32,000 bases of DNA. Source: Candidatus Nanobsidianus stetteri (GTDB taxonomy: Archaea > Nanobdellota > Nanobdellia > Nanobdellales > Nanobdellaceae). Below the pieces are notes generated by a model that saw only the letters and a program-made list of their open reading frames with translations, was not told where the DNA came from and made no database searches. The stretch lies in contig NZ_QEFP02000006.1 of NCBI RefSeq assembly GCF_003086415.1, forward strand, positions 9,133-41,132. The letters run 5' to 3'. Shown piece by piece: positions 16,911 to 26,103 of the stretch (position 1 is its first letter; the number at the start of each line of letters is the position of its first letter). The translations under genes and the position numbers were made by a program.

Positions 16911-17191
16911 TCCTACTATTAAACCTCCAATTCCAATTAAATCTGTTGGAGATACCTTTTCAGATACTACTATTTGAGATTGTGTATAGTTTGCTATTAC
17001 ATTGTTTGGTCCTAATACATATATTGGGACTTGAGTACTAAATGATGAAGAACCATATGTAGAATTACATATTATACCATATAATAAACTACTTATACCA
17101 CTAGAAGCTCCTAGAATATTTATATCTAATTCTGCAGATCCATAAGAATAAAATAAATGATAATAAGTATATTTTTCTCATAAAAATTCAT
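16884..17191 (-). pseudogene. candidate frameshifted small surface/membrane protein gene (N-terminal signal/TM segment in one frame, body plus C-terminal TM anchor in the -1 frame)
   Basis: Hand translation of the minus strand. The ATG at 17191 gives MNFYEKNILIIIYFILMDLQN followed by a stop. The -1 frame is open from 17177 to the TAA at 16886..16884 without any ATG. It reads EKYTYYHLFYSYGSAELDINILGASSGISSLLYGIICNSTYGSSSFSTQVPIYVLGPNNVIANYTQSQIVVSEKVSPTDLIGIGGLIVGLLALFNII. Confidence 0.3.
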
Positions 17192-17204
17192 TCATAAAAA
17201 CTTT

Positions 17205-19067
17205 TTAAATCTTATTACCAGTTGCAATTTCTATAACTTCATCTATTGTTTTTACAGGTGTTATCTTTATCTTATCAAATAAGTCTTCAGGTATATCATT
17301 ATAATTACCCTCTGGTACTATAACTTCTTTTAATTTAGATTCAATTGCAGCTTCCACTTTTGCTATTATACCTCCAACAGGTAATACTTCTCCCCTTATT
17401 GATAAAGAACCTGTCATTGCTAGATCTTGTCTTACTGGCCAATTCTTTAATGCGGATATTATTGCAGTTGCAACAGTTATTGAAGCTGAATCTCCTTCTA
17501 CACCTTCATATGTTTGTAAAAATTGAACATGAACCTTATATTTCTTCAAATCTTCTCCAAATTTCTTTTTTACTACTGCAGATACATTTACTATTGCCTC
17601 TTTTGCAATTTTTCCTAAATTTCCGGTAGCAGTAATTTCTCTACCACCCTTTCCAGGTACAACCTCTGCCTCTACAGGTAATACCAATCCTGAATAATAT
17701 AACCTTGATCCAATTACTGCCAATCCATTTACCCTTCCAATTTCATATCCCTCAGTTTTTATTATTTGATATTCTTTCCTTCTTTCAATATAATATTTAG
17801 ATATTTGTTCTTCAATTGTTAATGCCTTTTCCTTTGCTTCTATAACATCTTCAGGTTCTACATATTTTTTTCCTTTTGATTTTGCAATATCTCCAGCTAA
17901 TCTTACCAATCCTCCCAAATCTCTTAATCTTAATGTTAAATAACTTTTTCTTCCAGATCTCCTTTGAGCTTCTCTAATAATTTCTATTACAGCTTCTTTT
18001 GTAAAATGCGGTATATTACCCGTTTTCTTAATTTCCTGTGCAACAAATTGAGCAAATTTATTTGCAGTTTCTTCTGTAAATAATATTTCAGAATTCATAA
18101 ATACTTCATATCCATACCCTCTTATTCTTGATCTAAATGCTGGATGCAATTTTTCTAATGTTTCTAAATTTCCAGCTGCTACTAATACAAAATCGGCAGG
18201 AGCTGGTGTAGTTCTTACCATTGCACCAGCAGATCTCTCAGATCTTCCAAATATTGGATATTTCTTTTCTTGTAAAACGGATAATAATTCTATCTGAACC
18301 TCTGGTCTTAATGTTCCAATTTCATCTATAAACAATACCCCTTTATTTGCCTTATGTATTGCACCTGCAATTACCCTTTGATGTGGTGGAGTTTCAAGAC
18401 CTCCAGATTGAAATGGATCATGTAATACATCCCCAAATAACATACCTTCAAATGCACCTGTAGCATCTACAAATGGTACAGAAGTTCTATTTGAATTATC
18501 TACCAATAATTTTGGTATATTTTTCATTATTTGCTTCTGCATTACCTGGAAAGAAAATGATAAACTAGCCATTAAAATCATAAATCCAATAAATGTTGCA
18601 CCGGCCATTATATAATTTCCTACATAGTAAAAGTACATTGGAGTAAATGCTGATATAAGTAATAATAAAATATAGAAATATTGGAAAACTTTTGTTTGTT
18701 CCAATACTTTCTTTCTCATTTCTTCTACAATTTTTTTACCAGTTCCCATTGGTACTGTCTTTATTATTGGTTGATATTCATCATTTGGATTTGGGAATAC
18801 CAATATATCTTCTAAATTTCTGACTTGTTCTTTATCTTCTGATAATATTTCTGCCAATGCCTGTGCTAGCATAGATTTACCAGTACCAGGATCTCCTATC
18901 AATAAAACATGTCTCCTCTGTTTAGCAGCTTTTTTAATTATATCCAACGCTTTATCTTGTCCAATAATTTGATCTGATATCTTTTCAGGTACATTTATTT
19001 CTTCCGTAGTCTTAAATTTGAATATATTATATAGATCTTTTATTGATATTATTGTATTTTCGGGCAT
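17205..19067 (-). CDS. lonB: archaeal membrane-bound Lon protease (LonB)
   Basis: 620 aa. Walker [17 protein letters not shown], a TM hairpin inserted in the AAA+ module ([21 protein letters not shown]...[13 protein letters not shown]) and the protease-domain catalytic Ser motif [17 protein letters not shown]. Confidence 0.93.
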   Translation of the reverse strand: MPENTIISIKDLYNIFKFKTTEEINVPEKISDQIIGQDKALDIIKKAAKQRRHVLLIGDPGTGKSMLAQALAEILSEDKEQVRNLEDILVFPNPNDEYQPIIKTVPMGTGKKIVEEMRKKVLEQTKVFQYFYILLLLISAFTPMYFYYVGNYIMAGATFIGFMILMASLSFSFQVMQKQIMKNIPKLLVDNSNRTSVPFVDATGAFEGMLFGDVLHDPFQSGGLETPPHQRVIAGAIHKANKGVLFIDEIGTLRPEVQIELLSVLQEKKYPIFGRSERSAGAMVRTTPAPADFVLVAAGNLETLEKLHPAFRSRIRGYGYEVFMNSEILFTEETANKFAQFVAQEIKKTGNIPHFTKEAVIEIIREAQRRSGRKSYLTLRLRDLGGLVRLAGDIAKSKGKKYVEPEDVIEAKEKALTIEEQISKYYIERRKEYQIIKTEGYEIGRVNGLAVIGSRLYYSGLVLPVEAEVVPGKGGREITATGNLGKIAKEAIVNVSAVVKKKFGEDLKKYKVHVQFLQTYEGVEGDSASITVATAIISALKNWPVRQDLAMTGSLSIRGEVLPVGGIIAKVEAAIESKLKEVIVPEGNYNDIPEDLFDKIKITPVKTIDEVIEIATGNKI

Positions 19068-19105
19068 AATACATTTTATAAAATTAAAAAATATAAAGAT
19101 GAAAT

Positions 19106-20071
19106 ATGTTTGAATATATAAAAATAGATAGAAGAGTAATATATTATTTAATGATTATAGGTTTTTTCCTATCCTTTAATCATTGGGATAATTTATTTAT
19201 TGGATTGGCTAATTTATTTTTCTCAATAATTTATACAATAATTTCATACTTTATACTTTTATTTATATTTAATTTAGTTTCATCATTTTATGGTTTATAT
19301 ATTTATCTAGATAATGTTATTGCAGAATTAAAAATATTATTTTATAAAAAGAGATCTTATGCATTTTTTTATTATTTATTAATTATTTTAGAAATAATAC
19401 TATTCTTTATATTTAGAAATAACCTGTTTTTATATGTTATGATATCTCTTTTTATAATATTATTCTTTTATAATTATATAAAACAATTAAAGATAAAAAG
19501 TTCAAAGAGTGAACAATTAAACTTTACATACATACATAGATATAATTTAAGTTATATAATTACAATTATAGTATCAATAATTACACTTGGTTTATTTGTT
19601 CCAGTAATATTTTCTATGAAGCCAATAGTAATAGAATATAAAAGGCTTGGAAGAAGTAAAAATATAGAAGTAAGAAATGACGAATTATTAAGGATATTTT
19701 TCATTTCTACAATAATATTATGGATAATATATTCATCAATAAAATATATATCATCTTATTCAACAATATTGTATGGTTTTGTTTATTATTTCTTTAATTT
19801 CTTATTTTTCTTTACATATTCATCAATAATACCAATAGGGATATTATTATCCCCATACTTATCAATTAGAAAGGGATATGTATATTCAAATAAATTTATT
19901 GGAGATACATTAATATTATCAAATACACCATTTTATCTTGCATCTATTGTAACTATCGCTCTATTGCCAATATTTTCAATAATATTTAGCCCAATAGAAG
20001 TAATAATATTTTCTCTAGCTATATTTTCTATAATATGGATTAGAAAGCAATTTGACGTTCTAACAAAATGA
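19106..20071 (+). CDS. hypothetical polytopic membrane protein
   Basis: 321-aa ORF with multiple TM segments. No family recognised. Confidence 0.55.
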   Translation: MFEYIKIDRRVIYYLMIIGFFLSFNHWDNLFIGLANLFFSIIYTIISYFILLFIFNLVSSFYGLYIYLDNVIAELKILFYKKRSYAFFYYLLIILEIILFFIFRNNLFLYVMISLFIILFFYNYIKQLKIKSSKSEQLNFTYIHRYNLSYIITIIVSIITLGLFVPVIFSMKPIVIEYKRLGRSKNIEVRNDELLRIFFISTIILWIIYSSIKYISSYSTILYGFVYYFFNFLFFFTYSSIIPIGILLSPYLSIRKGYVYSNKFIGDTLILSNTPFYLASIVTIALLPIFSIIFSPIEVIIFSLAIFSIIWIRKQFDVLTK

Positions 20072-20168
20072 TATAAAAATTATTAAGGTCCATATTCATT
20101 GATTAATAGTAAAAAATTAATAATATTTAAAAGGTTAACTTTATAAACATAATATTTAAAAATTTATT

Positions 20169-21095
20169 ATGGTCCAAAAGCTTATAAAAAATCCAGAATT
20201 AAAATGTCCAGTATGTGGAAGTACAGAATTTATATACAATGAAAAGACAGCAGAGCTAGTATGTGCAAAATGTGGTTATGTAATTGAGGAAGTTCCATAT
20301 CTAGGAAAGGAATACAGGACAATAAATTCAGAAGATGCAGAAAAATTATCAAGAACTGGTAGTGCAATGAGGTATACAAATATACCAAGTATGATATCAA
20401 CAGAAATTGGAAAGGCAGAATCAAAAGATGAAGATACAACATTATCAAGAAAATTAAAGAAATGGCAACAAAGATCCACAAGTTCTTATGAAAGAAATTT
20501 AAAATTAGCACAACAAGAATTAAGAAGAATTTCTTCATTCTTACAATTGCCAAAACAAGTAGAAGAAACAGCATTGAAATTATATTTAGATGCTGTTGAA
20601 AAAGGATTAATTAGAGGAAGATCTGTAGAAACAGTCATTGCTGCATGTACATATATAGCATGTAGAATACATGATGTTGCAAGAACAATAGATGAAATAG
20701 TTAAAGCATCAAATATACATAAAAAAGAATTAGGAAGGACATATAAACATCTATTACAAGCATTAAAGATAAAAATACAACCAATAGATGTTACAGAATA
20801 TGTACATAGATTTTCATCATTATTGGGTTTACCACCAGAAGTTGTATCTACAGCAATAGAAATTGTTAATAAAGCAAAAGAATCTGATATAACTGCTGGT
20901 AGAGGTCCAGCAGGAGTTGCAGCAGCTGCAATATATTTGGCATGTGTAAAGCATGGAATACAAAAGACACAAAAAGATATAGCAGAAGTTGCTGGAATAA
21001 CTGAAGTTACAATAAGAAATAGATATAAGGAAATGTTAGAAAAATTAAATCTTAAAGATATTGAAGCAAAAATGAATAGCGCTGAGGAATGGTAA
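20169..21095 (+). CDS. tfb: transcription initiation factor IIB (TFB)
   Basis: 308 aa. N-terminal zinc ribbon CPVCGSTEFIYNEKTAELVCAKCGYV followed by two cyclin-fold repeats (RGRSVETVIAACTYIACR; GRGPAGVAAAAIYLAC). Confidence 0.95.
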   Translation: MVQKLIKNPELKCPVCGSTEFIYNEKTAELVCAKCGYVIEEVPYLGKEYRTINSEDAEKLSRTGSAMRYTNIPSMISTEIGKAESKDEDTTLSRKLKKWQQRSTSSYERNLKLAQQELRRISSFLQLPKQVEETALKLYLDAVEKGLIRGRSVETVIAACTYIACRIHDVARTIDEIVKASNIHKKELGRTYKHLLQALKIKIQPIDVTEYVHRFSSLLGLPPEVVSTAIEIVNKAKESDITAGRGPAGVAAAAIYLACVKHGIQKTQKDIAEVAGITEVTIRNRYKEMLEKLNLKDIEAKMNSAEEW

Positions 21096-21367
21096 TACTA
21101 CCAAAGGCTCTAAAAATTAAAAATAGATATATTTTGATAGATTTTTTTGATGAAGAAAAATTAAAAAATGATTTTATTAAATATTTTGGATATATAAATT
21201 ATTATGATTTACATTTAAATAAAATAGAAATAAATAAGAGGATAATCTTGTCAATAAACAAAAAACATTTGTATAAAATTATTTTTTTATTATATTTACA
21301 AAATATAAAAAATTTTAAAATATTTAAAACATTAAAAGGTGCAAAATCTTTTTTAAATATATCTTAA
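21089..21367 (+). CDS. rnp2: short Pop5/Rnp2-like protein (putative RNase P protein component 2)
   Basis: 92 aa. N-terminal LPKALKIKNRYILIDF resembles the Pop5 LPptLR.k.RYi.f start. KRIILSINKKHLYKIIFLL...IKNFKIFKTLKGAKSF resembles the gIIRc.r.hv..v...l...i.vlg.SGTik end (patterns recalled from memory). It sits immediately upstream of psmA-SBDS, the conserved Pop5 slot of the archaeal exosome superoperon. It overlaps the tfb stop by 7 nt. Confidence 0.6.
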   Translation: MVILPKALKIKNRYILIDFFDEEKLKNDFIKYFGYINYYDLHLNKIEINKRIILSINKKHLYKIIFLLYLQNIKNFKIFKTLKGAKSFLNIS

Positions 21368-21378
21368 ACTTTATCTTT

Positions 21379-22095
21379 ATGGAAACTGATATTGGACAAT
21401 TTGGACCAATGGATAGAGGATGGGCAATATTCTCACCAGAAGGAAAATTAATATTAGTAGAATACGCAAAACAAGCTGCAAAAGCTGGATCAACAGCAAT
21501 TGGAATATGTACAACAGATGGTGTATTAATAATTGCAGATAAAAAAATACCAAGCAAATTAATTATAACAGATTCTATTGAAAAGATTATGGAAATTGAT
21601 GATAATATAATTGGAACATTCTCCGGATTTATACCAGATGGTAGGGTATTAATAGATTATGCAAGGGAAATTGCTCAACAACATAAATTACAATACGGAA
21701 AACAAATAGATATAGAATTATTAGTAAGGGAAATAAGCGATATAATGCAATCTTATACAAGATTTGGTGGAGTAAGACCTTTTGCCGTATCATTAATAAT
21801 TGGTGGAATAGATAAAGATGGTGAACCAAAGTTATTTTCATTAGACCCATCCGGAATATTTTATAGATATAAGGCTGTTGTAATTGGAGAGGGTGAGGAT
21901 AAAATTACACCAATATTGGAAGAAAGATATAAAGAGATGGACTTAAATGAAGCAATTAAATTTGGAATAGATGTATTAAAAGAATATTTGGGAAATAATT
22001 TTGCATATGAGAGATTAATATTATCATATGTAAAGAAAGGTGAAAAAGTTAAAACACTTGAAAATCATGAAGTAAAAGAATTGTATGAAGGATAA
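21379..22095 (+). CDS. psmA: proteasome subunit alpha
   Basis: 238 aa. MDRGWAIFSPEGKLILVEYAKQAAKAGSTAIGI matches the alpha-subunit N-terminal signature YDR..t.FSP.GrL.QVEYA. Confidence 0.95.
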   Translation: METDIGQFGPMDRGWAIFSPEGKLILVEYAKQAAKAGSTAIGICTTDGVLIIADKKIPSKLIITDSIEKIMEIDDNIIGTFSGFIPDGRVLIDYAREIAQQHKLQYGKQIDIELLVREISDIMQSYTRFGGVRPFAVSLIIGGIDKDGEPKLFSLDPSGIFYRYKAVVIGEGEDKITPILEERYKEMDLNEAIKFGIDVLKEYLGNNFAYERLILSYVKKGEKVKTLENHEVKELYEG

Positions 22096-22774
22096 AGATA
22101 CAGAAATAAGTATAAAATATAAAAAGGAAGGCTATAATTTTGAAATAATTGTATATTTAAAAAAGGCTTTCGAATATAAAGAAGGAAAAATAAAAGATAT
22201 AAGGGAAGTATTGGCTGTAGAAGAAATTTTTAAGGATTCTAAAAAGGGAGAAAGGGCATCAACTGAATCTTTAAAGAAGGCTTTTGGAACTACGGATGTT
22301 CTTGAAGTTGCTAAACAAATATTAGAAAATTCTGAGATTCCATTACCAACAGAATATAAGAGAGAATTAATTGAAGAAAAGAAAAAACAGATTATTGAAT
22401 ATATAAGAAGAATAGCATACGATAGTAAAAATAACATGCCATTAACATATGAAAGAGCAAAAGAATTATTTGAAATGGTAAAATATAATGTAGATATAAA
22501 CAAACCAGTAGAAAAACAGGCTGAAGAAGTTTTAAAGGAAATAAGAAAGAAATATCCATTAAAGATAGAATATAAAAATATAAAACTTATAGTATATCCA
22601 AATAAATTCAGGATAATTGGAATAATAAAAAATAAATATAAAATTATAAAAGAGAATTGGGGAGAAAATTATGAAGCAATATTGGAAATACCAATTGGAT
22701 TATTATCAGAATTTTATTCAGATATAGGAAAATTATGTGGGGAAGATTGTATAGTTGAGGAAATAAAAAAGTAA
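22085..22774 (+). CDS. sdo1: SBDS-family ribosome maturation protein (Sdo1)
   Basis: 229 aa. The FYSH-domain pattern is present (EIFKDSKKGERASTESLKKAFGTTDVLEVAKQILENSEIPLPTEYKREL). It sits after psmA, in the conserved position. Confidence 0.9.
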   Translation: MKDKDTEISIKYKKEGYNFEIIVYLKKAFEYKEGKIKDIREVLAVEEIFKDSKKGERASTESLKKAFGTTDVLEVAKQILENSEIPLPTEYKRELIEEKKKQIIEYIRRIAYDSKNNMPLTYERAKELFEMVKYNVDINKPVEKQAEEVLKEIRKKYPLKIEYKNIKLIVYPNKFRIIGIIKNKYKIIKENWGENYEAILEIPIGLLSEFYSDIGKLCGEDCIVEEIKK

Positions 22775-23443
22775 TTATTGGGATTTTCCTTTATCTCCGC
22801 CCTGTTTTTCAGATCCTTTTCCACCTTCAGAACCAACACTAGTACCGGAAAATATCAAAAATATTCCTATTAAAATAAAGAATATCATTGCAAACAATAT
22901 ATAAGGATTAAAGGTTATTATATAATTTTGTGCCTGTGGAGATGTACCTAAAGTTATTGATAAAAAGTAACTTTGATATGCATAATACATAGATAGTAAA
23001 GCAAATAGAATAATAAATACTACTATTATTATTGGTAAATATCTAGCACCACTTGGTCTTCCTTCACTTGAAAATAATCTTTTTTCTATTACTTCAAATA
23101 TTTTACCATTTGTTAAGAAAGATCCTATAATTATGAAGAAAAAGAATACCAAAATCATTGATACTGTAAAAGCTACAAAATATTGAGTATATAATACAAA
23201 ACCAGTAAATGTTGTTAACAATATTGATGCAGAAACCGATATAATAAATGCTAATATACTATATATATCTTTCTTTGATCCCCCTTCATCTTTCTTTTCC
23301 CCTTTTTCACCTGCTTTTACCATACTATCCATTAAAAATTTTATTAGAAAATATAATATTCCAAAATAGAATAGAAAAACAAATATTAAATTTATTCCCA
23401 ATACATTTACTACATTTATTATAAAATCTGCAAATGATGTCAT
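22775..23443 (-). CDS. hypothetical membrane protein with Gly/Lys-rich loop and tail
   Basis: 222 aa with about 6 TM segments. It has the loop KAGEKGEKKDEGGSKKD and the tail GSEGGKGSEKQGGDKGKSQ. Its stop codon directly abuts the SBDS stop codon (22774/22775). Confidence 0.55.
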   Translation of the reverse strand: MTSFADFIINVVNVLGINLIFVFLFYFGILYFLIKFLMDSMVKAGEKGEKKDEGGSKKDIYSILAFIISVSASILLTTFTGFVLYTQYFVAFTVSMILVFFFFIIIGSFLTNGKIFEVIEKRLFSSEGRPSGARYLPIIIVVFIILFALLSMYYAYQSYFLSITLGTSPQAQNYIITFNPYILFAMIFFILIGIFLIFSGTSVGSEGGKGSEKQGGDKGKSQ

Positions 23444-23476
23444 ATATAAAAATTTGCTTTTATTACTTTTAAATTA

Positions 23477-25096
23477 TTACATAGAATCATAAATATTTAT
23501 ATATTCGTTTATATTATTTTTCCAATCAAATTTTTTAGATATTTCATACATTTGCTTTTTTATTTCCATTTTATCATATAAATCCAAATTATAATATTGT
23601 AAAAATTTATTATATATAAGTTCTTTATCCAAATTATTTGGATCTACATTAATTATATATTCATGATTTATGTTTTTACTTATTAGATTTCTATAAAATC
23701 CTGTTTTATTAGATAAAACAATTGGAACAAAATTGTTCAATGCTTCTAATGGTGTATATCCATAAGGTTCGTATCTTGATAAAAATACACCAAAATCAAA
23801 TGCTGGTAATATATATTCTGGATCTAAACTAAATAAAATATCATTTCCAAGATAAACTGGAACATATATAACTTTTACATAATTATTTTTATCATTATTT
23901 AAATTGTTTTCCTTCAATTTTTCAATTATAATATTATTTTCTACATCATGAGTACATATTGGAGGGCTTCTATTCTTTATTCTATCTAATTTATCCAATA
24001 CATTTTTTCCGTTATATAAAGATCTAATAATTAAATGTATATTTTCCTCTATATTTTCCTTCAATTTAATATACTCTTTATAAGATCTTATTATATCACT
24101 ATTTTGTCCTTTAATATTATAGGGAACAAAAATAAATGCAATAGTATTTAATCTCTTTTCATCTAAATATTTTAATAAATCAATAAATAAATCTAAACCC
24201 TTATTATATGGTTCATATCTTCCAATAGTATATATTAGTAAATATTTTTCTGGTAAATCATAATATGGATGAAAATACCATGTTAAAAATTCATCTATCC
24301 ATTTCTTCGAAATTTTATAATAATTAAATAATTCTTTTTCTTTTACATTTATATAATTGTATGTTATATAATCTGGTTTTCTTTTGTATATTTTATATGC
24401 TTCCTCTCCTAAATTATCTGATACTACTGTAAATATATCAGAATTTAATATTGCCTGTTTTTCCAATTGATATTTTGAATTTATTCCCAATCTATATGAA
24501 TCTTTATCTGGATCTATTATATTCAATGCATTTTCTACATTTACATTTTTTTCAGATAATGTTCTTCCAATAACTGTTCCATGGATTGTTAATATTGTTT
24601 TATAATTTAGATTATTTTTCTTTATATATAATATTGTACCGCCAGATAACCATTCATGTGCATGTAATATTTTCTTCTCATTAAAATATTTATCCAATTT
24701 TTCTAAAAATATACCAACAGCAACAGACCATAATAATGGTTCATCAAAAGTAAAATCAGAATTTAAAGAATCTATTTTATACCATTCCCAATATTTATAT
24801 TTCCATAAATTTCTTTCTTTATTAAAAAATTCATCAAATTCTATTAAAAATACATTTGGCTTTGATTCAATATTCCAATATCCATAATGTACTTTAATTC
24901 CATCCAATTGATAATTTATTTCTTTTATATAATCGGGAGGATCTAATTCAATAAATTCTGAACTATTTTTATATGGACCAATCAAAAAATATTTATCCTT
25001 ATATCTTTCTTTTATATATTTTGCTTTAGTAGATATTACAGTATATATTCCTCCTACTTTATTGCATACTTCCCAAGATTGTTCAAATAATATCAT
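23477..25096 (-). CDS. glycogen synthase, GT3 (eukaryote-like Glycogen_syn family)
   Basis: 539 aa. The N-terminus ILFEQSWEVCNKVGGIYTVISTKAKY is nearly the eukaryotic GT3 signature LFE.SWEVANKVGGIYTV. HAHEWLSG and the C-terminal YEPYGYTPLEA are also present. Confidence 0.85.
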   Translation of the reverse strand: MILFEQSWEVCNKVGGIYTVISTKAKYIKERYKDKYFLIGPYKNSSEFIELDPPDYIKEINYQLDGIKVHYGYWNIESKPNVFLIEFDEFFNKERNLWKYKYWEWYKIDSLNSDFTFDEPLLWSVAVGIFLEKLDKYFNEKKILHAHEWLSGGTILYIKKNNLNYKTILTIHGTVIGRTLSEKNVNVENALNIIDPDKDSYRLGINSKYQLEKQAILNSDIFTVVSDNLGEEAYKIYKRKPDYITYNYINVKEKELFNYYKISKKWIDEFLTWYFHPYYDLPEKYLLIYTIGRYEPYNKGLDLFIDLLKYLDEKRLNTIAFIFVPYNIKGQNSDIIRSYKEYIKLKENIEENIHLIIRSLYNGKNVLDKLDRIKNRSPPICTHDVENNIIIEKLKENNLNNDKNNYVKVIYVPVYLGNDILFSLDPEYILPAFDFGVFLSRYEPYGYTPLEALNNFVPIVLSNKTGFYRNLISKNINHEYIINVDPNNLDKELIYNKFLQYYNLDLYDKMEIKKQMYEISKKFDWKNNINEYINIYDSM

Positions 25097-25755
25097 CTGA
25101 ATAAAATATCAAATATGCTTCTTCTCTTTCTATTACCAGTTATACAATATGCTAGCTCATCTATATATTTCAATGCCTTTGATTTTTCATTATAAAATGC
25201 GATTGGTTGATATTGAAATTGATAATTAATAAAATCTTTAATTACTGGAATAACTACATATACTTCTTTATTATATACATCCTCTATAAAATCTATTTCA
25301 ATACTCTTATCATATTTATTTAATACTATTTTAACTTTATTTTTATCTAAGAGATCGTATAATTTTTTATTTACATATAAAGAATAGAAATCTGGATTTA
25401 TTACTAAAAAATTTATATCAGATACTTTTTCAATATTTAATATATAATTTATATTCGGAAGTACATCAAAAATAATTACATCATAATACCTTTTCAAATA
25501 ATTTAAATCATTAATATTAAAATCTAAATTATCTATAATTTTTAAATGGAAGTATGGTAATACCTTTATTCCTTGATATATTTTATTTCCAAATAATTTT
25601 TCATTATTTAGAAATATTAGATTCGAAGAATAAATTCCATTTGTATCTATTATCAATACTTTATAATTATATTCCTTTTTTAAATATGCTGCAAGATTAT
25701 TTGCTAATGTAGTTTTTCCAACCCCGCCCTTTAATGATATAAAAGATACTATCAT
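25093..25755 (-). CDS. ParA/MinD-family P-loop ATPase
   Basis: 220 aa. Deviant Walker A with the signature Lys: SLKGGVGKTTLANNLAAYL...VLIIDTN. The C-terminus RKRRSIFDILFR is a basic amphipathic tail. ATGA overlaps occur at both ends (25093..25096 and 25752..25755). Confidence 0.85.
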   Translation of the reverse strand: MIVSFISLKGGVGKTTLANNLAAYLKKEYNYKVLIIDTNGIYSSNLIFLNNEKLFGNKIYQGIKVLPYFHLKIIDNLDFNINDLNYLKRYYDVIIFDVLPNINYILNIEKVSDINFLVINPDFYSLYVNKKLYDLLDKNKVKIVLNKYDKSIEIDFIEDVYNKEVYVVIPVIKDFINYQFQYQPIAFYNEKSKALKYIDELAYCITGNRKRRSIFDILFR

Positions 25756-26066
25756 AATCCTAATAATTTTGAAAATTTTATTTCAGCTTCTTCTTTTGAA
25801 ATTTTTTTCTTTACATATATTTCATGAATTTTTAAGAAATTTCCTATAATTTTTATATATTCATCCTTATCTTTTGCTTCCTTTATTTTTTCATATAAAC
25901 TTTCCTCCTTTAATGAATTTTTTATCCATTCTGGAAAATGATTTTTATGATAATTAAATTTATCTTGATCTGCATTGTATAACCAAATTAACAAATCTTG
26001 AAGACCATATAATTTTTGTCCATCAATAGTAATAAATGCTTGTTTTTCATCATCAACTTCAATCAT
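25752..26066 (-). CDS. hypothetical 104-aa protein, first gene of the ParA/glycogen-synthase operon
   Basis: The ORF has an ATGA overlap with the ParA-like gene. FITIDGQKLYGLQDLLIWLYNADQDKFNYHKNHFPEWIKNSL is followed by a Lys/Glu-rich helical tail. It vaguely recalls a small domain I have seen next to archaeal alpha-glucan genes, but I cannot verify that. Confidence 0.5.
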   Translation of the reverse strand: MIEVDDEKQAFITIDGQKLYGLQDLLIWLYNADQDKFNYHKNHFPEWIKNSLKEESLYEKIKEAKDKDEYIKIIGNFLKIHEIYVKKKISKEEAEIKFSKLLGL

Positions 26067-26103
26067 ATTAAATTTTATATTGTTATATCTTTAAAAGATA
26101 TTT

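Noticed and set aside
22132-22503. 123-aa minus-strand ORF.
   Set aside because: It is antisense to the confidently identified SBDS gene and has shadow-ORF composition.
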